A stretch of DNA of 61,438 bases, the filler included, from Choristocarpus tenellus KU-1152 (taxonomy: Eukaryota; Protista; Phaeophyceae), in assembly GCA_964200185.2 (NCBI GenBank). It is 12 parts of 12 records of this genome, joined end to end, with 100 filler letters (N's around TTAATTAATTAA, not from the genome) between each part and the next. Parts side by side here need not be neighbours in the genome. Positions count along the whole stretch, not along the records: positions 48,931 to 51,881 come from CAXNAD020023423.1; positions 51,982 to 58,314 come from CAXNAD020008361.1; positions 58,415 to 61,438 come from CAXNAD020022863.1; 9 more parts are not named here. The stretch is one strand, 5' to 3'. The notes beneath the pieces are model-generated. The model was not told the origin of the DNA. It saw nothing but the letters and a program-made list of their open reading frames with translations, and made no database searches. Of this stretch, positions 49,622 to 61,438 are shown piece after piece. Position numbers and translations under genes: made by a program. Numbering within the stretch: the stretch's first letter is position 1; each line of letters starts with the position of its first letter.

Positions 49622-51620
49622 TTTTGAGGCGGCCTCGGCTGATGAGGAGTCCATTAACAAGCACCCAGAGGTTGGAGTGAGGAATTTTCTTGAAATTTCT
49701 GCTGCAGCAATTGGACTCGCGCTGGACAGGGAGGTCAAGGGTCGCGCAATGCATAAATTGCACTCCTTGAAGTTCCCTGCATCTTCAAGTAATGAAAATT
49801 CCATCTCCAGCATATCTGTGACAGACTGTCCCTACTCCCAGCTGCCCAAAGACTTGCAAAGGTCTGGTGAAGTAGGTGAAGGAGAAAAAAGTGGCATGGT
49901 GGGTTGTCAAGGGAAAACTTCCAAAGTTTACCCCTGCCTAAGCAAGTACCCCCTCCTGCCAGAGGCTGTTTATGTGGAAAATTCCAAGGCTGGACAGGTA
50001 TATGCGGCAGCAGCAGATGCCCTTGCTCAGGCCTTGGTACATTGCAAGCGCTTTGAGGTGAGGTTTGGGGAAAATAGTATTATTAGGGTTGCAAAGGTTG
50101 GAGGTAGAGGTTGAGAGCTTGCGGATAAGTTTGTGCAAGTGAGTGCATGGTAAGAGGCTGCTGAGAAAGAAAAAATGCTCAATATACGGTTGTTTGACCC
50201 TTTTCAAGGCCTCTTTCCACTCCACAGCAATAGAATCATATGCCATGGTAGTGACCTTACAGATGCCCCTGAAAGGTCTGGGAAGTGAAACAGGCGAAGG
50301 ACACACAAGGGATATTCTTCCAAGAGGCCTCTCTAGCTGGTAAACCACCACCCTTTATTGTGGCGGAGACAGAACCTGACGAGAGGTGAGTGAAAGTATC
50401 TTTGAGGGCACGGCCGGGTCCATTTCGGGGTCAAAATCCAATGTTGCGATTTTGATGTAATTATCACTATTGCGACTGTGAGGAAGTGTCAATATCCCTG
50501 TTCCACACACACCTTATCATAGTTTTATACATGAAACTTACTCTAAAACTTATACATCTTCCAATTCCGAAACCATTTCGGAATTGGAAAATATCGTATA
50601 ATACGGGTGGAAAGTCAAGCCCCAAATCGACAAACAGGGCAAAACTCGTACCCTCTAAGATACTTTTACTGAGGTGGGAAATAGGATTCATATTACTGGG
50701 TTGAAGCGTGAGTTGGAAAATTCCCAATTCCGGATATTACACAAAGAGGTGGCACCAACATTGGAAGGCTCATCATCTTGCCAATATTCATGTAGGCAAA
50801 GTCGCGACTGAGTAAGGCATGTCGGAGTCTTGCAGCTGTTCTTTTTATGGTTTGATTGGTGCATCTTCTTTCTCTAGCCCCAACCTACCAGCTACACAGT
50901 ATGTGTTTGGCCTATGACAAGGAAATGTTTGTTTTGATCAGACCTGCCCTTTCCCAGGCAATACAAGATAGTATATTTTTTGCCTCAAGTTGTAGCACTT
51001 GCCATTAACACTCTGCTCCACTGGCGCGATCTGCTCTCTTGATATGGCTTCTAGTTTCCACACTCTCCTTTTCACCTGCATACACATTTATTTTATGTTC
51101 TTCTATGCATCTCAATGCTCCCCGTTGCCTTTGTTGTTTGTGGGGGTATTTAAATGTCAACCATTTCTTACGCACCTGTGTGTGTGGCTCAACATGTGGT
51201 AGGATTTGTGTGGAGATCTTCCATTGTAGTGGTCTGGCCAAAGCCAATAACCTGGGTCTCTCTGATCCCTTCTGCATAACTCTCTGGAATGAGAGGGAGG
51301 TGGGCAGAACACCAACAATCTACAACAGCCTCCGCCCAGTCTGGAAAAAGTGCAGTTTCGAGGTCCTCCTTGGCTCCCGGTGGAATGGGAGTCCATCAAA
51401 AGTTGATGTTGGACGAGATTGCAGAGATGAGAACAGGGCAAAGTGGGATAGAGAGGGGCACAATGTAAACTCAACGACTCACAATGATCCAGAACATTCT
51501 GATGTGGAGCTGATAGTGGAAGTATGGGATGAGGATGGTGGGACCCGGGGTGGTTTTTTGGGGCAGCTAAGACTTGAAGGAGAAGACTTACTTCAGGCCG
51601 TCCAGGGGGGTCAGAAGCAG
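49622..51620 (+). CDS. C2-domain-containing protein (internal fragment)
   Basis: Exon 51203-51620 reads ICVEIFHCSGLAKANNLGLSDPFC...VGRTPTIYNSLRPVW...LIVEVWDED...GFLGQL, a canonical C2 domain. Upstream open exon 49622-50057 (...NFLEISAAAIGLALDRE...) has good splice sites. Confidence 0.85.
50388..50671 (+). mobile_element. MITE family C, copy 4, with 4-bp TSD AGGT
   Basis: AGGT|GAGTGAAAGTATCTTTGAGGG...CCCTCTAAGATACTTTTACTG|AGGT. Confidence 0.9.
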
Positions 51621-52032
51621 GTACACCAACTAATATTTGGTAGGCATGAGAGCATGTGGGCTTGGCAAGGAAGACTTGAAGCTTCTGAAATGATCGATTT
51701 GAGATTATTTTGTTTGTTTTCCACCAACACCATCCTGTGAACCAGAACACACCCCATGACTACAAATGTTGGTGGGGGGATAGGCAGTAGTTGGGGGCGG
51801 ACGTAAGGCCATGGGGGTGGTGGGGTGTGAACATAGCCCCTAGACTGGCAATGAGCAGTGAAGCCTTTTGTTTGAGCAGGCNNNNNNNNNNNNNNNNNNN
51901 NNNNNNNNNNNNNNNNNNNNNNNNNTTAATTAATTAANNNNNNNNNNNNNNNNNNNNNNNNNNNNNNNNNNNNNNNNNNNNTGCCCACAAAGAGATTGTG
52001 CTCCCCCCCCCCCCACCCCTACCCCCCCTCAC

Positions 52033-54297
52033 ATTAACGATCACACCAAATGCAGTAGGAAGAGCCTGCACCACTGCTGGGGGCAGGCTTCCCGTAGGTA
52101 GCGACAGCAGCCCCGTGAGGCCCAGAGCTACCAGCTTTCGGCCCAGGGAGCTCTCAAACACTTTTGCCTGTACCCCCGCAAACATCGCCGAGAGGAAAGC
52201 CTAGGAAAAAAAAAATTAAGAACAAAAAATAGAAAAAAAAAGTTCAGTATCAGGAACACTTCAAAATGTGGACAATACATACATGTGTAACTGGAGCCTA
52301 CGGATTAATTGATTATCCCACTGTGTCTACATTAGAATAGACCCTCTCTGTTGGGTGCACCACTGAACAATCCAGGACATTTTTCATCACTGCCTGCTAG
52401 CAAATTGGTGGTTGGAAGCAAAAAAATGTAGGTTATGTGTATTATTAGGTGTATTACCTCCCACTGGTGGTGTAAGCATTTCAACATATACCATCAGCAG
52501 TTTTTGAAGTATAAGACACTTGAAGTAGTTACACTGCGCTGGTGAAAAAGTTGAAACTGATTTACTTTTACTGGCATGTGTGTGTTTATTGTGGGGGAGG
52601 TGGGGTGGGGGTAGAGGGGGGAAGGGGGGTGGAGAGGAGTGGGTGGGGAGGATTCAGCCCAAACAATGAAGACAACAAGGATTCAGAGTGAGCTCTAACC
52701 ATGAACCAGGAAAAAGTATATATCTAACCTTAAAAGAAAATTCATCAACTTGGACATACTATGAGCCCACCTATAATTTCTTTTGAGGGGGGGGGGGGGG
52801 GGGGCGGGGGCGAATGAACCTACAGTACAAGTGAAAAACAGCATCAACCAGTCAGGGAAGCTCCTTTGTAAGACCCCCCCAAACATCCTAACTATCATCT
52901 ATCTACTTCATACGACACCATGTCACATCTCATGATATGACTCCCCACCACACCATAATAGCAACAACAGAGCACTTCTCCCCTGACATAAAATTTTACC
53001 ATACTCAGAGGAGAAGAATGAACATGGCGCACATCCAAGGAACCTCTCGAGTGCAATACATATATCCACATCCAAGGAACCTCTCGAGTGCAATACATAT
53101 ATCCACATCCAAGGAACCTTTCCCCAGCTCATTTTCAACAACCCCTTACAAATCACACCTCTACCATGCCTCCACTCACTTCCATTAAAACCTAATAAAA
53201 TAAAATAAAACAAGAATAGAGGCAAATTTGATTCACCAGTAGACACATACCAACCTTCTTTTTTCGTCCCATGTACATATCAATATCAATATCAAATGTC
53301 CTCAGCATTCTGTTAGAATCCTTGACCTCAGCCTAACCCCAAAACCAACCAAACTCTCTTAACCTTCATAAAACACATTTCAAACTGTAACCTTCATAAA
53401 ATAAATAAAAACACATTGGCAGAATGGTACCGTACACCTATCCATATCCATCTAAGGGGAGAGTCTTTGCAGCAGAAGAAAAATATGGCCTAGCCTAGCC
53501 TAGCCTCCCACCCACCCCCCTATCCCCCCCGCACGTGCTCTGCTCTAGTATATAGTATATAGTATATTACTCTAGTATATAGTATATAGTATATAGTATA
53601 TTACTCCTCCTCACCTCTGTGGCATGATTAGTCTCCATCCACTGAAGAGCAAGTTGAGGATTGTAATACAATACACTGGCTATACCCTCCAACAGGGCAC
53701 CTACTAAAAACTCCTCTTTTGTCTGTTGTACACAACAAACCCATCCATAACAGTGTAATCCAGCAAGGGTGGACAGGTGGAGAGAGGTTGGGGGCAGGGC
53801 AGGGCAGGGCAGGGCAGGGCAGGGCAGGGGGTCAGTGCCCTCACATAATGTTTCTTTTCACGCCACGGACCACCCCAACAGAATGGACCAAGGAACTGTC
53901 ACAAGTTGACAAAAAAAAACTCACTTCTCCGGGGTTGACAAAAAAAAAATCAACATACTTTACTACGTTTCTTTTTCCACCCTAACACACTGTAAAATCA
54001 AAATATGCTACACTACACTATCAAAAAAAAAAAAATCCGGACAAGTTACATTTGGAGGTGCACTGGAATCATGTGTAAAGTACTAGAAGGCAAGACATGC
54101 ATGCGCAAGAGGATATACAAAGCTCACCCACCTTCCATATTCATTAAGGCCCATTTCAATCCACAACAACAACGCCCACCACCTCTCAGCAGCACTGTAT
54201 GAGTGCAATATGGAGATTCTGCTCCATATTGTGACACCAACATTATCTATTTTATGTCAGGTCCTCTGTTTAGAATACTCTAGCCATAACAATAAAA

Positions 54298-54328
<31 letters not shown>

Positions 54329-57300
54329 CACAGGGAGAGAGACACACGAAATAAATATTAACAAAGATTTTCAAAATTACTTGTTCCTACGATCAAAGCA
54401 GGCCAAACAACATATTAACAAACACCAAACACCAAATGCTTTGAATGCCCTTTTGGTGAGATGTTAGAGGTCTTCCCGACACTAACAGATCACACCCCTA
54501 GACACTAACTGTACCCCTAGACACCCAACACAGTCAAGTGCATAAGAACACCACAATTAACTGGAAGGAGGCAGGAGGGAGTCATCACCAAGCTGCTTAT
54601 GTAAAAGGCAGTAAACGCAACCCCTTCTCTACATTGACTTCATTGTTATTAGTGGGTTAGGGTCAGGGTTAGGGTTATCAACAGCATATTAGTGTTGGAC
54701 AACCATGCAAACACAATCCCGAACCTTCTAGAGTTTTTATAACACTTGGAAGGCCAATGCTGTCATAGATGAAACTCCAAACTGATTGGGTTTCAATGCC
54801 AAGTAGCTTTGAGAGGTGTACCAAGACATCCCATTCAAGAACCACTACTACCCAGTTCCCTCTCTAGCGAGGTCAACCATACTGATGACAAATGCGTGGT
54901 GCTTTCTATTCAAATACCGCCTCAGAATACATCACAAAAACTCAGAATGCACAGAGAGCTCGGTTGTCAAAAATCACAAACCACCCCTATAATAATAATA
55001 ATAATAATATAATAATAAGAGTAGTATAGAATATGGATTCAGCATAGCAATACAACAGAGGATGCTCAAGCTAGTACCTATATGGTGTTGTATTGTGAGA
55101 GAGGGATGGGGTGGGGGGGGGGCATGAAGAGGAAGAGCCAGCCCCCCTTAAACCTCAAAGCTAAAGAGCACATGACTCCAACTACCAAGAGTACAGCACC
55201 TAAGAGACCTCTTTGAAGTAACCATACCATAAAAAAATAAATACACATAGATACATACATACATAGATACATACATACACACACACACTTACAACTCCCT
55301 ATACACAGCTACATATCTCACCCTTACCACCAAATAACACACAAGTAACACAGATCATCGCGCACCAGCTTAAGTCTCTCATTGAGCATGTTGAGCATGT
55401 GAGGAATGTACTCATCCACCCTCCCAGTGCAGTGGTGCAGCACTACCATCATGAGCTGAACTGCAGTCTTCGCCTCTGTATGATTTTGTCGATCGTCTGA
55501 GAGCACCCTAGAGCATATCTCCATCACCATGTCTAGGTACCTTAAAAAATATATATTTGTGTTGAGATAGGGTTAGGGAAACGGTCCGCTGTAACTGTGC
55601 ATCATTTTTTATTAATGCTGTGTAGACCGCTACGACATTTTTAAAAATATGTACAAATAAAACAAAAAATTGATGCAGTTTTTTCAACCTTTTTAATTAC
55701 CCCAGTAGAAATAATAAAAAGAAAAGTCTCATCCAGTGGTGATCATCAATCTCCATCCTCCCTTCAGTTACAATGATGACTGAATTAACTTAAAGATTAA
55801 TAATAATAATAACTTAATTCAAAGCAGACAGGAGGTTGACGTAAATCCATACAGAGCACACCAGTTACATCACATCGTTTCGTGTCTCTAGTTCAGGGAC
55901 ACAACCTCCACTTCAGGTACCTTGGGAATGTCAGAAAAATCATTAAAACCCTAACACCCAACATGAACAGAAGCCTGAGAGGGCAAGTTGAGTGTACAGG
56001 ACCTCCCTTGTCATCACACAGGCACGCAGCACATCTCATACATCTCATCCTCCCAAACTGAGAACCACTTCTAGGCAACACGACCCCCTCTTCACAGAAG
56101 TGGCAAAAACCTCCTCAGCTCGCCAATGCCTCCATCCCTCCATCCATTAGACCGCCCATCACACACTGCCTCATTCACTAACCATCACCACCACTTACCC
56201 TGGACCACTCTCAAGAACATCAAAACACAGGACCTGGGAGAACCTCCCCAAAGGTCTGCACCAACAAACAACTGCTGAACTTTGTACACATACATCCCCA
56301 CCCCCTTCTTACATATTGTGACAATGACCATCTCCTCCCAGACCCCCTCAACACCAACCCAAATCTGACATCCTCACACCCATAATCCCACTTCCTCTAC
56401 AAACCCACCCCCGCAATCGCAACACCTTCATCCTACACACACTTCGGCGATATGCTCCTCCCAAACAAAAAAAAACAACTCAGTCACATCACCCAGGATC
56501 CCCCATTTCCTACCTATCTCCCATTTTGCTGCAATTGAGAAACTCAGTCACAACAACTCTTCAACACACACACACACACACATGCACACAGCCAAATTCG
56601 GTGTTGCAAGGCATCCATAATCATCTATCCCAGTAAAGCAGGGGAATACAAAAGTTGGACAAAAACCAGACGCCATGGAGCAACCCAGCATAATACGCTG
56701 GTCATCACCCCACTGGTCGCCCACTCTCCCTTGAGTAGCCCATCTAAGTCTATACATTTGACGTTTATTGAGTCGGCGCCTTAGATCCCTCATCGCTTTT
56801 AATATTTATCCTCCCAACCAAGGGAGTTGGTAGAGAGGTCCAGCTTAGATTCAATCCCACAACCCTCTGCTCAGATGAAAACAAAACTAGAAACAGTTGA
56901 CTCACATTCCACACGGAATCAGGTAGTCATAATCAGACACCAACACAAAAGCTATTTAAGAGAGTAGGGTGGGGGAGTTGAAGAATAAAGTTGAGAGATT
57001 ACAAAAAACTCCGACTTGAAAAAAACATTTGACAAAAAAAGACCAAAATTTGTATTACTACACCCACGGCGATAGACACTGGATAGATGATTATGGATAG
57101 ATGATTATGGATAGATGATTATGGATACCTCAAGGGATAGACACTGGATACCTCAAGCGATCATTTACCCTTCCCCTCCCCCCTCGTCCCCTCTTTCCCT
57201 TCAACCTCAACAAAAATTTCTCTATGAAAAAAAGATTGAAACTGAAGGGATTTGAACTCATAAAACGCCGTGCCGGTATTACCATTAGCAAAATAAACAA

Positions 57301-58132
57301 CACATTTACACAGAATAAAAAAGTGTGATGGTGACAGGATCGGAAAGGTGAAGAGACAAACACAGACCTTGGACACACAAATCACCATCATGCAACATAC
57401 TTACCACCAAAAACAAAAGTACCCACATCACCCAGATGGATCTCATTCGGGGGTTCCCCTCATGCCCCACACACGCCTTCAACATCCTAAAAAACTAAAC
57501 GCCTCACTTCACTCCAGAAAAAATAAAAAAACATTTCATTGCTGCCTTCCTTTCAGCTTCTCAACAAAAAGGTAATTATAAGCCCCTCAAGTGGTCAAGA
57601 GGGTGTTTTCAGTTCACCGATATGATAAAAAATAGAGGTCATTTATCGTTTGCCCCTTCTCTAGACCCATGTTAGGTCAGCATCATTCAACCGCTTACAC
57701 CTCTTCCTCCTATATTTCCATACTTTCCAAACAAAAAAAATAAAAATAAAAATATATTTTAAAAAAATGTACAGTAGGAGATAGATACCCATGCTCTCTC
57801 TGCTCATCCGTCACCTAAAAATATCAAAGTCAAAAGTACACCAACATATATATATATATTTATTTATTTTTTAAACTCATTTCATCACTATACTAACTAC
57901 ACTTCTTACCCGCAAGTTGTAGAACATACACATTTTTATAATATTACTAAAAAAAAAACATCGATCCCACCTGCGACCTTCTGGTGATACACCTGCCAGG
58001 AATTGATCTGTTCCCCTGCTGATAAAATTATCTATGGGTACCACCATGTTGGTCAACAGATCGTATGCAAAGGAGTCCCATGCGTTGTAAATCATAGGGA
58101 ACAGACTCCACAGGTCATTGCTGATGCCCGGC
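52033..58132 (-). CDS. IPO7: Importin-7/8 family (importin-beta-like, SAD2/Nmd5 type), internal HEAT-repeat region, 4 exons
   Basis: Minus-strand, phase-consistent exons 58132-57971 (PGISNDLWSLFP...VPIDNFISRGTDQFL), 55540-55366 (...HCTGRVDEYIP...ERL), 53722-53615 (...IASVLYYNPQLAL) and 52200-52033 (...RKLVALGLTGLLSLP). These motifs are characteristic of importin-7/8. Confidence 0.9.
53030..53119. repeat. 37-bp tandem repeat, about 2.4 copies (intronic)
   Basis: CACATCCAAGGAACC at 53030, 53067 and 53104. Confidence 0.9.
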
Positions 58133-60164
58133 CTGAACAAAAGGGTTGTCAATTCAAATGCGCCATAGCATCAAAATTAGGCAGATGGGAGAAGGACAAG
58201 GTCAGAAAGAACATTCTTGTGTCAGTCATTTGGGGGGGGGGGGGAGGGGGGCGCGATGCCACTTTCCTCTCTTTTTTTGAAAACACTATTTTCAACATGG
58301 CCTAAAAAAAAAAANNNNNNNNNNNNNNNNNNNNNNNNNNNNNNNNNNNNNNNNNNNNTTAATTAATTAANNNNNNNNNNNNNNNNNNNNNNNNNNNNNN
58401 NNNNNNNNNNNNNNCAAATCGATAGCCGCCACCCCTCCCCCCAGATACTTTGAGCCACTTGAGCAAGCAAGTACACAGAGAGGGGGGGGGGGGGGAAGGA
58501 ATGCATGTCGTGTGAAGCAGTATCCTCTCTCCCGTCCTCTGCACATACGTGGGATATTTTCTTTGCAAATTTGCTAATGGACGGTAAGAAGGCAAGACCT
58601 TCAGAAGTCAGTGGGCGACACATTCATCGTGCTGCGCAAGAGCTGAGCTTCCATAGATCCCAATGTGTAATACTCGTATTGTCTGCTAGCCCATTTGAGT
58701 ATATGCTTGTATGAAAAAAAAATGAGATATAGGTAGGGTAACATTTTAAGGATCTCGAGAAAGGGCAAAAATATGTAACTTTCTAAAATATCAGACAGAG
58801 CCCTTTTGCTGAATTGTGGTGTCATCTTGTGTGTGGAAAGGGGGGATATCAATTTTGCGTACGCTATTGTGTGGACACAAAACTATGAAATATTGTGTAT
58901 TGCACAGGGCAAGAAAGATGCCCAAGAATGAATGAAGGTCCGAACCTACCTACCTCTCAATTAGTTTGACTCTTGTATGCTTGATCCTGCAGAGTCCCTA
59001 ATTTGAACAAGGTCGTGTTCATGTTCCTCAATGAGCATCCCCTCCAGTGAGGAAATTGGTCGGCTAGTATGTTGTTAGGTTCTCGTGTTAAGGACGAATT
59101 TACCATGGTAAAACTTGGTGCATGAAGCTTGGTGCATGTCAGCTCAACCACGATACGCTTACTTTAAGATCGTAGTGTTTTTCTTGTTCCTGACTAGAGT
59201 CCTCCCCCATGCCTCAATGCCTCAAAAAGATACACTGCATGAGTTGCTTCTAATCTCCAGCTATGGCCCACACCACGCCAGAGTCCATCTTCGAAAGTGT
59301 TTTCTACGAAGCCAAAGGAATGTCCGCCCAAGTCTGATGAGGTCGTGTGACGTTCAGGGGAAGCAAGCATGCGGATAGATATTGTACAGATACAGGAGAA
59401 GCTGCTTCATGAGATTCAAGTCGCATGGTGAGCAACCATTCAAAGGATTGCACCACTCGTTGTGTTGTGTTGCTACATTCGAGTATGGGAGGAGACACGT
59501 ACGTGCCACTACCGAGGTTCCTCGGCCCCAGATGGAGAGGGGAAAATACATCATCTGTACGTATTTGTTTTCGCCTCTCACATGATGTAGAAACGTATGA
59601 TTATATGTAGAAAGCAACGTGGAAGACCGAGAGAATATAAAATCATGCCATGGCACCTACTATAAGCATACGTAGTATCAGCGGTAATCAGTTGAAGCAA
59701 TGATAATAAATAATATCCCTTGAAAGCGTGAGGAGACGGTGACACACAAGCCTTTCATGTTTCTCAGTATTCTTTTTCTTGAACCTACGTCATATTGTTT
59801 ACTCTTATGCATTATCACCTCATACACGATATGAAAGAGTCACAGGTTCATATCTGTGGATTGGAGCTATGTACCCTGTAAAGGTAAGCTTTGGAGCGTG
59901 TTGTAACAAAAATTGTAGCATATATGTATATGTTACAGGCGATATGTCTTGGTGGGGGTTTCATAAACATCATTATTAGCTCAAGTCCTAGAATTTATAA
60001 ATTTGTACTTCTTGACTATATATTCATTAAATAGTATTGTAATGCCCCAATAAGGGCATACATCCTTGCCAGTTCCTTTGATATGATGATGATGATGATG
60101 ATGATGATGATACTTACGAAGTGAATAGTCGAAGCGAGCGATCCACCATACTTGGCGACATTTG

Positions 60165-60302
60165 CATCATGGAGCCTGGGACGAGCTTCATGGTAGACAC
60201 GCATTCTTACGGATTGCAGCTGCATATCCCATCATGGAGCCTGGGACGAGCTTCATGGTGGACACGCATTCTTACGGATTGCAGCTGCATATCCCATCAT
60301 GG
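60165..60302. repeat. 65-bp direct tandem duplication bounded by CATCATGG microhomology
   Basis: 60165-60229 and 60230-60294 differ by one base. CATCATGG recurs at 60295. Confidence 0.93.
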
Positions 60303-61344
60303 TAAGGTTGCGCCTTGACAAATCAAGTCAAGTCAACCTCGTACAAACTGAAGCGATGTGTTTTGTTCTTGGGGGGCGAAGGGATGTTTCTTAGTTTTGG
60401 AGTGGAATCTCCGAAAACCGCAAACAAATTATGATCAACCAAAAGGTGTTTGTGGAAAAGGTTCGGCCTGTACAACCTTGGCCTATATATTTGAGAAAAG
60501 CGTCTCTGGATCAATTTAATCTGTTGTGGGCATTGTTGCCACAGACTGGAGAAAACTGGGCACAACACCCAAACCATTAGTCAACACCCCATCGCTAACA
60601 TGATGTGCAATCTCACAATCCTCAAAATGGTCCAAATTCTACTAATATATATTTTCTCCTTTTTCCAATTTCACATCCCACACAGCATGCGTGAGGTATA
60701 ATACATAGATTCCAAGGGGTATCACTTCATCGTTCGCTCTCTGTACAATCCGTATAAGACAAAGTTAGTTGTTGTTTTGGCACACCCTTCAACAGGTGAG
60801 GCATGTTACAGAAGCGGTAGTAGTGTAGGCAGCAGGCAGAAAAGATAAGCGTAGCTTCATTGCGGAGCAAAATCACCAGGTGGGTAAGCACCAGATTCGA
60901 TGGAGCAAGGGGGTGATAAGCGAGAGGTGGGGAAGGCTGTACCCAGCACAGTAGAAGCAAGGCATAGATACAGACGAAGTGCAGGTAGTTGCAGTAACTC
61001 TGACCACGGGTTCAAGAAGACAGTACTAATGCAATCAATCTGACAACAGTAATCAAAATGCAGAGTATGATCACATTAGCGATCTACGAGCTGCACTAGG
61101 TAACTACGGGCACACCAAACGGATGACCTGGTTCCACTGGTGACGGTTGTTGAAACCTGAATCGAATGCATCGTACATGTAGGTAAAATGCGTAGACTAC
61201 TAGTGCTGAGGAATCAAGGTGTTGCAAAGCACCGATGAGTGATATGCGTAGTCTATGTTATGCATAGGCGTGATTGTGCTGCAAAGCACCGATGTATATA
61301 TTCTGTTGTAGCTGAGGTAATTGATCTCTCAGTCAAGAATTATG

Positions 61345-61438
61345 CGATGTGAATTAGTGTTCTTTCATGTGGTACTCAACGAAAGTTGTCCATGCTCTGT
61401 GGAGAGGCTTGTTTCCTTGGCTGACAAGGGTTTCCGCG
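61345..61438 (-). repeat. Second copy of the dispersed repeat at 6922-7080
   Basis: TACTCAACGAAAG..GTCCATGCTCTGTGGAGAGGCTTGTT.CCTTGGCTG.CAAGGGTTT is shared between the two copies. Confidence 0.75.

Noticed and set aside
10355-58314. Functional clustering of PC, dynein, C2 protein and importin as a system
   Set aside because: They are on separate contigs joined arbitrarily, so there is no evidence of linkage.

Overview
This is eukaryotic DNA and not one continuous locus. It is 12 short contigs joined by eleven 100-bp artificial spacers (N44-TTAATTAATTAA-N44) at 4102-4201, 6822-6921, 10255-10354, 15671-15770, 18811-18910, 24401-24500, 27530-27629, 39292-39391, 48831-48930, 51882-51981 and 58315-58414. 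Adjacency across spacers has no biological meaning. Several traits suggest a photosynthetic stramenopile, most like a brown alga or close relative (inference): intron-rich genes with GT-AG introns, TTAGGG-type motifs, an LRR gene with one repeat per exon and an axonemal dynein. Gene fragments identified by splicing exons by hand: pyruvate carboxylase (9 exons), importin-7/8 (4 exons), an axonemal dynein heavy chain N-terminus, a C2-domain protein, an LRR protein, a probable MRH-domain protein and an IQ-like-motif protein. There is also a complete intronless gene for a small, very basic, Cys-rich secreted protein. The repeat fraction includes two decayed Ty1/Copia elements, each apparently interrupted by another LTR, a four-copy ~260-bp MITE family, two foldback elements and several minisatellites. 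I found no CRISPR array, tRNA or rRNA, and no convincing new multi-gene system. The best leads are the secreted cationic prepropeptide, the 71-nt LRR exon, the mosaic CpG depletion and an unclassified dispersed element with a conserved ORF end.
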